From: an uncultured Phycisphaerales bacterium
GTDB taxonomy: Bacteria > Planctomycetota > Phycisphaerae > Tepidisphaerales > Tepidisphaeraceae
Direction of reading: 5' to 3'
DNA length: 64,000 nt
Assembly: GCA_963844715.1 (NCBI GenBank)
Contig: CAWJPJ010000007.1
Coordinates: 448,001-512,000, forward strand
Position numbers and translations under genes: made by a program. The notes under the pieces were generated by a model that saw nothing but the letters and a program-made list of their open reading frames with translations, did no database searches and was not told the origin of the DNA. Shown here piece by piece: positions 55,550 through 64,000 of this stretch. The first letter of the stretch is position 1. Every line of letters begins with the position of its first letter.

Positions 55550-58500
55550 GTGTTGTTCAAACCCACCGGCCGGGATGATCGTCAATCGAAAAAGATCATG
55601 CGCCGCGGCGTCATAACGGGAAGAAAAGAAGTCTGATCGGGTCTATCGCGTAGGAAGCGGCTGGCGTCGCTGGGGTTTGCCGCCGCGATCGCATTTCCGC
55701 CGACAGCTGGTTCCACAGTCTCGCACTTACGCCGACGACGCGTCGTCGAATCCCAGCGGAACGAAGACTCAGCGATAGCGATATGCTGAAGCTGGGGATC
55801 GTCGCAGTACGACAATGGGCAATTTGAGGAATCACTGGCGACGCTTAAGCAGGTCAACTCCAACACGCTGAGGGACTCGGATAAAAAAGATCTCGCGGAT
55901 TATTTAAGCAAGTCGCAGGAAGCGATGACAGAGCGGCAGGCGGCGCGCGACAATTTCAGCTGGGGAGGATGCGCGGCTGGCGAATAGTCTGCCCGACGCG
56001 GCAGCCACTATCGGGCGGTGTTGAGCAATTCCCGAGCCGACGAAGGGACGCGGCAAAAAGCGAGCGAGCAGTTCGCGCTGGTGGAGGCGGCGGGCGGGGA
56101 GCACCACGATCGGTGAAAGCGGGAGCGGCAGACAGTACGATCGCGCACTGTGCCGGTGGTTGTGCCCGCGCCGGCGGCAACAATCCGCGCCGGCGACGGT
56201 TAACCAGGGCAAGGCCGCGTACGATCGAGGGGTTGAAGAATACAAGAGCGGACAATGGGAACAGGCGAGGGCGGATTTCTCGCAACTCGCAGCAGCCGGT
56301 TATTCCGCGGGATTTTCTGCAGGCGAGCCCGGGCGATTATCTCCAGAAAATTCAGGACAAGGAGAATGACGCGCTGCAGAAACAGGCGGAGCAGCAGACG
56401 ACGGAACAGAAGGATCAGGCGAAGCAGGCTTATCAGCAGGCGCAGTGAAGAATATCGGCAGGGGAAATGGGACGATGCGCGGCGGGATTTCGTGCGGGCC
56501 CGCGACTTGGGTTACAAGCCGGGATTCCTCGAAGGATTGTCACCTTCTGAGTATCTGTCGCGGATGGACGAGAAACAGGCCGAGGAAGCGCGGCTGGCGC
56601 AGCGGGTGAAGGACAACACGGGGGAATCGGCCAGCGGGTCGTCTTCGGCTTCGGATCAGACGGTCAGTCTTGGCGAATCGACGACGTCGAGTCCACGACG
56701 GCCGCCGCCGGTGGTGTTGCCGGTGGCGCGGTGGAGGCGCCGCAGTGCCGGTGCAGCCGGAGCAGCCAGCGATGCCGCAGCCGACGAATCCGCAGAGCAA
56801 GGCGGCGTTTCAGGCGCAGGGGCTCGTGGACATGGGCGCCAAGGCGGAAGCCGCCGGGAAGCAATCAGAATGCGCTGACCGACTACCAGCAGGCGGTATC
56901 GCTGGATCCGACGAACGCGCAGGCGGTCGAGGGCCGCGATCGGATGATGGCGAAGTTGGGGCGGTGGCGCGGCGGGGGCCGGCACGGCGCTCTCGCGGCA
57001 GGCTCGCGAAATTCAGCAGATTCGAGACGCGATCAACTTCAAGTTCAATAACGCGTTGAGCAATGCGCGGATGGCATCGTCTTCGGGGAGCTTCAGCGAC
57101 GCCGAGAACGACATCGCCGACGCGCAGGCCGGCGCGGGATCAGGATCCGTCGGTCTTCAATGAATCGGATTTGCGCAGGATGGATGCGGCGCTGACTCGG
57201 GCCCGGAACGATTTGTATGCGGCCCGACAGGCGAAGCGAGGAGCGGGATCGAACCAGGGCCCGGCAGGAGTCGGAAACGCGGGAAAAGTTGCGGTTGCAA
57301 GCAGGCGGAGGCGGAACGCAGCGCGACGATCGAGTCACTGATCAAACTTTCGCGCACGCTGGTGTGGCAACAGAACTACGCGGCGGCGTTGGGCGTCGTG
57401 GATCAAATCCTGAAGCTTGATCCGCAGAATGACTATGCCCTGGGCGTTCGCCAATTGATCGAGGACAAGGCGATCCTTCAGGAGCAGGCGAGTTCGAAAG
57501 AGAAGTTTGATTACAACTACGAGAAACAACTCAATAACGCCGACGAGCAGTTGATTCCTTATGACGACGTGTTCCGGTTCCCGGACAACTGGCCGGATAT
57601 CTCGGACATGCGCGATCGGGAAGTGGAGGACAAGTCCGCGAGCAAGGAAGACCAGGCGGCGCAGTGCTGCTGGACAAGCGGTTGCCGACAATTCAGTTGC
57701 AGCAGGTTGCGCTGACGGACGCCATCGACTTCCTGCGCGATACGACTGGGGCGAACATTCTGGTGAACTGGAAGGCGCTGGAAGCGGCGAGCATCGACAA
57801 GCAGACCCCGGTCACGGTGACGCTGCACGACGTGAAGTTCTCGAAGGTTCTGGACATCATTCTGCGCAGGCCGGCGGCGGGAAACTGGATCACACGATCG
57901 ACGAAGGCGTGATCTATATCTCGACCACCGACGAGTTGAACAAGGCGGTGGTGACGACGGTTTACGATATCCGCGATCTTTTGATCGATCCGAACTTCGT
58001 TCCGACATTGCCGTCGGTGAACGTTTCGAGCGGAGGCAGCGGCGGGGGCGGCGGAGGCAATCTTCCCAGTGGGCAGGGCACCCAGACGGGAAATGGGCCG
58101 ACGCAGCTCCTGCAGGACATCGAAAAGAAAATTCAAAACACGGTCGCGTTTAACACGTGGAAGGTGAACGACCCCAACGGCTATGGCCAGATCGACGACT
58201 TCAACAACAATCTGATCATAACGCAGACCCATGCGGTTCACGATCAGATTCGGGATTTGCTGGCGCAGTTGCGAGAAAGCCGGGCGTTGCAGATCACGGT
58301 CGAAGCGCGGTTCCTGATCGTCGGACGGCATTTTGTCGAATCGGTGGGGATCGGGCTGAACGGGTTCATCAACGCGACCAGCGATCTGGCGGCGACGGGG
58401 GAACAGGCCAATTCGCACATCACGCCGATTCCGTTCTCGTCGAATAACGCCCAGTTCGTGGCTGCTCCGAGCACGGGCGTGCCGGGCAGCCTGGGTTCGG

Positions 58501-59215
58501 CGCCTGCGCTTCGAGCATCAGCGCCGGGTTCGGAAACTTCCTGGACAATTTCCAGGTCAACGTCGTGTTGGAAGCGGTGCAGGCGTCGAGTAATAACAGC
58601 CTGGTGCACGCCCCGCGGGTCACACTGTGGGACGGGCAGGGCGCGAACATCGAGCAGGAAACGATCATTCCCTACGTGTCGAGCCTGAACGCGTCAGTCG
58701 CCAGCGGCGCGGCGATCGCGACGCCGGTCATCTCGACGGCGACGGACGGCGTGAGCCTGGAAATCGACCGGGCCGTTGTCACGGCGGACCGCAAATTTGT
58801 GACGCTGGATATTCTTCCGGTATTGGACCAGTTCGGCGGGTTCCAGACCTTCGCGTTCCAGATCGCGCCGGCGCCGAGCACGGCGAGCAACGGAACGATC
58901 CTGAACAGCGGCGCCCAGGCGGCGACGCTGGTGGTGCAGGAAGCGATCGAAACGGTCACTGCCGTGCACACGCGCGTGACCGTGCCGGACGGAGGCACGG
59001 TGCTGCTGGGCGGCGTGAACATCAACGGCGAAACGGAACTCGAGGCGGGGCTGCCGGTGCTGTCCAAGATTCCGTTCCTGCGACGGCTGACGACCAGCAC
59101 ATCGTCGGCCAAGGACGATCAGATTCTGCTGATCCTGGTCAAGCCGACGATCATCGTGGACAAGGAAATCGAGGATAAGAACTTCCCGACGTTGTCGGCG
59201 AATCGCGGACAATGA
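55550..59215 (+). CDS. Very large secretin-like protein (GspD/PilQ family) with N-terminal TPR-like repeats, about 1200 aa, many frameshifts
   Basis: AAGGAG RBS before GTG 55550; TPR-like helices; STN-like LTDAIDFLRD..GANILVNW; VYDIRDL; QITVEARF; APRVT; TRVTVPDGGTVLLGG; LPVLSKIPFL; LILVKPTII. Confidence 0.75.
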
Positions 59216-59245
59216 ACGCCGTCCAAGCGGCCGGCGGTTCATCCC

Positions 59246-60985
59246 ATGACCAGCCGTGCGCTCCACTTGCCACCCGTGCGCTGGATTGTCGCGGCGCTGC
59301 TTTTCATTCATTGCTTATTGCTGGTTTGGTTCGCGGTGAGAGAACTCGGCGACGTACGACGAGCCGATGCATCTTGCCGCCGGCGTCGCCTATTGGCGGC
59401 GGGCGGATCTTTCCATTTACAGCCTGAGTCCGCCGCTGCTGCGCGATTGGGCGGCCGTGCCCGCAGTGTTGGATGGCGCGAAGGCCCCTGATCCGGCGGC
59501 GTCGCACGATTATGAAGTGGGAATGCGGCATATGGCGTACGTGGATGACTTTCTCGATGCCAATTGGAATACTTTCGAGCACCTTTTGTTCGTGTCGCGG
59601 ATGGGAATGATTCCGATCAGTTGCCTCACGGCGCTGCTGATTTTTACCTGGGCCAGGGACCTGTTTGGGGCGCTGTCGGGGCTGGCGGCGTGGCGCGATG
59701 TATTGCTTCAATCCGTCGATTCTTGCGCACGGGTCGCTGGTGACAACGGATGTGGGGACGACGCTGACGATGACCTGGGCGGCGTGGTTGTGGTGGAAAT
59801 TCTGCCGGCGTCCGACGGTCGGGAGATGGCTGTGGGTCTGCCTGGCGGTGCTGGCCGCGCATTTGTGCAAATTCACGGCGGTGCTGCTGTGGCCGATGAT
59901 GCTGGGGATGGCGATTCCGTTCGCTTTGCGCGGGGAAAACGTTGGAAGACATACTTTTGGGCTTGGGCGGCGGCGATGCCGGTGACGCTGCTGCTGATCA
60001 ACGCGTCGTATGGGTTCGTCGATTCGTTTCGGCCGCTGGGGTCGTTTGCGTTTGATTCAGGGATGATGATCTCGATTCAGCATCATTTGCCCGCCGGGTT
60101 TCGGGTTCCGATACCGGGCGTGATGCTGGAGGGATTCGACGCGCAGAAATATGACACTTCGCTGGGGTATCCGGCGTTTTTATGGGGAACGGTTTATCGT
60201 GGAGTGCGCTGGTATTACTATCCGGCGGCGCTGCTGTGCAAGACGCCGGTGGCGCTGATGGCGCTGATGCTGGCGGCATTGGTGACGCTGCCGATCGCGC
60301 GGCGGCACCTTGCGCCGGAGGATTTTGCTTCGTCGTGGAGCATGGCGCTGGGGGAATCGATTTTCTGGCCGGGGTTTTCATCATCGGCGACGTCAACATC
60401 GGCACGCGATACATTTTGCCGGCGCTGCCTTTCGCATTGATCGTGACCTCGCGCTTGTGGGCGTTCGAGGGGCTGGGCTGGGGATTTTCGGCGAAGATCC
60501 GGGACGGACTGCTGGTGATGGCGGCGATCGAGGCGGTGGCGGTGGGGCCTTATTTCATCAGTTACATCAATTTTGCGTTCGGCGGGCCGTCGAACGGCGT
60601 CAAACTGCTGAAGGATTCGGACTTCGACTGGGGCAACGGATTAATCGCGCTGCGCGATTGGATGCACGACCACGACGTGAAGCGCATCACGCTGGTGAGT
60701 TTTGGATACATCGATCCGGCGATTTACAAGATCAACTATCAGCTCGCGTCGGTGAAGCCGCCGATGCCTTACGTTGCGATCGACAGTTACTTCCTGCAAG
60801 GATTGGTCGCGCGAATGGTGGTCGCGCCGCATCACCGGGAGCCGGTGGCGATTCTGTATAACGAAGAGTTATTGCGGAAAACGCCGGTTGCAGTCGCCGG
60901 GGATACGATCTTCATTTACAACGCAACGGACGTTTTGGGAGCGGCGTTGGAATATCGGGCGATGAATCCCTCATCGCAGCATTGA
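59246..60985 (+). CDS. GT-C (ArnT/PMT-like, GT39/83) glycosyltransferase, frameshifted
   Basis: TYDEPMHLAAG, PPL, PSILAHGSLVTTD, KFTA and DSDFDWG. Confidence 0.75.
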
Positions 60986-62796
60986 GTCGGGAGCGGCCGG
61001 CGCCATCAGGCGGATTCCAAAGTGATCGTCGCGAAGCGGGGGATGCGCCCAGGTCGAGGGGAGTGGGGGCCTGGCGATAGTGCGTCATGATCCAGGGGTA
61101 CAGATGCTTGCCGTAGTCGGTTCCGAAAAAGCGCACGCCGAACTCGGTGGTGTCCTTGTGGACGATGAAGACGTAATCGGGCGGATGGGCTTTGAGCGAG
61201 GCCAGCATATTGGATTCGCCGAAGAGGAGCAGGTCGGGGGGATTGAAATTGACATAGGGCACGGACGTGCGCCGCCGGGCCAGGTAATTGATCATGATTC
61301 CTTCGGGGAAACAGGTGATTGTTCGATCCTGGGGGATCTGCCTGGCCAGGGCGACGGCGCGATTGATGTATATGGCTCGGTCGGGGGCTAGGAATTGATC
61401 GCCGCCGCTGCCGACGGCGACGGTGAGTTTGGCGATGGCGGCGCCGGTGATGAGGAGATGGACGAAGAGGACGGCGGACCAGAGGCCGGAGATGCCGGCG
61501 AGATAGACGGCGGCGTTGGCGTTGGTGTTTTTCAGGGCGTCTGCGATCCATCCGAAGACGCAGGCGACGAGCAGCATGGTTGCCGGCATGGCGAGCCAGC
61601 AGCCGTAATGCTCGATGCGAGCGTAGAGGAATATTTTTCCGAGCAGCGTGAGAGAAAGAACGCCCAACAGGGCGGGGAGCGCCGCGGATTCTTTTTTGGC
61701 GAACAGGCGCATGCCGATGGCGGCAAGGGCGACGGCCAGGGCGACGATCGGTAGCGGCCGGAAGATGGATATCCAATCCACGTCTTTCCATCGCAAGGCG
61801 ATAAGTCCCGCCCCGGCAATGGCGGCTGCGGCGGCATTGGGTCTCGTCCATTTTTTTGGCGTCAAGCGAGCCCACGCGGCTAGCACCGCAAGAATCGCGA
61901 CGTATTTCGCCGACCAGGTCAGGAGCCGGCCGAGGCTGCGGCGAGGATCGTCGAGCCCCATGCTGTGGAGATAGAAGCGCTGGCTGGTGATTTTTCCGGC
62001 CAGGAGCATGGGCCACATGCCGGCGGCGCCGTGTATTGCCTGGGGAAGAGGCATCGCCATTGAAAGCAGCAGCACGCTGGTTGTGGGGGGTACGATGGCG
62101 GCGGCGAGGAAATACAGAATCAATACCAAGAGGCGAGATCGCACGATGCGGCGATCGGTGGCCAGGAATAGAAAGCCCAATATTGCCGTTGCGAACGCGG
62201 CGATAAAAAATTCGGCGCGGGTGAGGAAAATCAGGCCGAGGACAAATCCCGCGGCGGCGGCGTTCCAGGCGGATTTTCCGATGATGAGCCGCCAGAGAAA
62301 AATGACCTCCAAAAGACAAAGCAGTGTGGCGTGGGTGTACTCATATTCATATGGACAGACGTAGTTGTAATTTCCGATCTGCATGAGGTGGGAAAACGCA
62401 AACAAGACGACGAAGGAGATTCCAGCGGCGAATGCCGCGGCGCGGCCGGCGATTTGTTCAGAGAGGTAAAAAATCGCGGCGATGATGCCGGCGAGAATCG
62501 GTAAGTTCCATAAAACAAGTGCAAGCAGACTGGGGCCGAAAATCTTGAAGGGGATGGTGTTAAAATAAACGGATAAGGGGCCGGTGTAATGGGCGATGTC
62601 GCGGTAGAGAACTTCGCCGGCGGCGAGGCGCCAGGGAACGTAAAGCTGTACGCCGAAGTCAACTAAGACGTCTGGCCAGGTTCCCCAGGTCCAGACGAGC
62701 ATCGCGACGGCGGCGGCGGCGATGGCGGCGGGGGCGAACCATGCGCCGTTCCCAAAGTGGAGGAAGTTTGGCGGGTTCGTGAAAGGCGGTTGTCAT
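60912..62796 (-). CDS. GT-C-like polytopic membrane protein; ends uncertain
   Basis: WPDVLVDFGVQLYVPWRL..GEVLYRD...GPLS and many TM helices. Confidence 0.65.
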
Positions 62797-62894
62797 CCCT
62801 GAGGCTGGGTTTATACACCGCGGTTGATCCGGGCGGTATCGCGGCGCGGCGAGTTCTGCTTGACAGGAGGGGGTCGTGGGCGTAACAGTATCCT

Positions 62895-64000
62895 ATGGAA
62901 CACCCCAAGATCGTCCACGATGGGATTACCTTTGATGACGTGCTGCTGATTCCTGCCCGGAGCGGCTTCGTTCCCGCCGATGCCGATACGCATACCCATT
63001 TAACGCGCAAGATTGAGTTGAATATCCCGCTGGTCTCGGCTCCGATGGACACGGTCACGGAAGCCGCGCTGGCGATCGCGCTGGCGCAGGAAGGGGGGAT
63101 CGGGGTGATTCATAAGAATCTTTCGGTGGAGAATCAGGCGCGCGAAGTGGAGAAGGTGAAGCGCAGCGAAAACGGCGTGATCGTTGATCCGATCACGCTG
63201 CCGCCGACGGAGACGATCTCGACGGCGCGGCGGGTGATGCGGGAATACAACGTGAGCGGAATTCCGATTGTGGAAGGGGCGGCGACGGTCGGGCAGGGTC
63301 CGCATCGGCGGCATGCGGGAAACGGGAAATCGCCGCGGCTGGTGGGGATTCTGACCCGGCGAGATCTCAAATTTCAGGAAGACGACGCCCGCCGGATCGG
63401 CGACGTGATGACGCACGAAAATCTGATTACCGCGCCAGAGCACACGACGCTGGACGAGGCGGAGCGGCTGCTCTATCGGTCGAAGGTGGAAAAATTGCTC
63501 CTGGTGGACAAGGAGAATCGACTGGCGGGGCTGATCACGATGCGCGACATCGACAAGATGCACCAGTTTCCCAATGCGTGCAAGGACAAGCGCGGACGGC
63601 TGCGGGTCGGGGCGGCGACGGGGGTGCTGGATATGGCGCGGGTGGAGGCGCTGATTCGGGCGGATGTGGACGTGATCGTCGTGGATACGGCGCACGGGCA
63701 CAGCCAGAACGTGCTGGATACGGTGAAGGAGATCAAGCGGAAGTATGAGATCGAAGTGATCGCCGGGAACGTGGCGACGGCGGAAGGGGCGCGCGATTTG
63801 ATCGACGCGGGGGTGGACGGAGTGAAAGTGGGGATCGGGCCGGGGGCGATTTGCACGACGCGGATCATCAGCGGGGTGGGGGTGCCGCAGATCACGGCGA
63901 TTATGAATGCCGCATCGATCGCGGATTTGTCGGGCGTGCCGGTGATCGCCGACGGCGGGATCCGCCACAGCGGCGACATCACCAAGGCGGTCGCGGCAGG
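62895..64000 (+). CDS. guaB: IMP dehydrogenase, partial (runs off the window edge)
   Basis: [20 protein letters not shown] pair, [20 protein letters not shown] and IADGGI. Confidence 0.97.
   Translation, partial: MEHPKIVHDGITFDDVLLIPARSGFVPADADTHTHLTRKIELNIPLVSAPMDTVTEAALAIALAQEGGIGVIHKNLSVENQAREVEKVKRSENGVIVDPITLPPTETISTARRVMREYNVSGIPIVEGAATVGQGPHRRHAGNGKSPRLVGILTRRDLKFQEDDARRIGDVMTHENLITAPEHTTLDEAERLLYRSKVEKLLLVDKENRLAGLITMRDIDKMHQFPNACKDKRGRLRVGAATGVLDMARVEALIRADVDVIVVDTAHGHSQNVLDTVKEIKRKYEIEVIAGNVATAEGARDLIDAGVDGVKVGIGPGAICTTRIISGVGVPQITAIMNAASIADLSGVPVIADGGIRHSGDITKAVAA

Noticed and set aside
1..64000. Mass pseudogenisation or programmed frameshifting
   Set aside because: Single-base indels are spread evenly and hit housekeeping genes (polA, rho, nuoG, metH, upp) whose motifs are otherwise intact. 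This fits long-read consensus error better.

Overview
GC-rich bacterial chromosomal window. The gene set (giant TPR-secretin, membrane-anchored coiled-coil/BRCT protein, WecB-nucleotidyltransferase fusion) suggests a planctomycete, probably Phycisphaerae/Tepidisphaerales-like; this is inference. Many genes, including housekeeping ones (polA, rho, metH, nuoG, upp), are split by single-base indels. These look like long-read consensus errors, so genes are given as reconstructed spans with approximate ends. Layout: (1-18.3 kb) exosortase-linked exopolysaccharide locus (GT2s, GT4s, WecB/TagA, acetyltransferase, Wzy-like protein, Wzm/Wzt); (18.2-21.5 kb) a HEPN-TPR-SLOG fusion (candidate defence/conflict protein) coupled to a coiled-coil/BRCT membrane protein; THI5-type ABC transporter; polA; (27-33.6 kb) an accessory patch with a RAYT (HUH/Y1) transposase between inverted REP-like ends, an IS5-family element inserted exactly into the right end, a four-helix-bundle gene bracketed by inverted 8-mer arrays, and a cargo-less 7-mer analogue; then upp, TerC, PTS IIA, PilZ, rho, coaE, leuD, a candidate anti-Shine-Dalgarno sRNA, acyl/glycosyltransferases, metH, a histidine kinase, NUDIX, IMPase, nuoGHI, a TA-flanked palindromic MITE, a giant secretin, two GT-C proteins and partial guaB. 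No rRNA, tRNA or CRISPR array was seen. Family assignments come from motif recognition by eye; no database searches were run.
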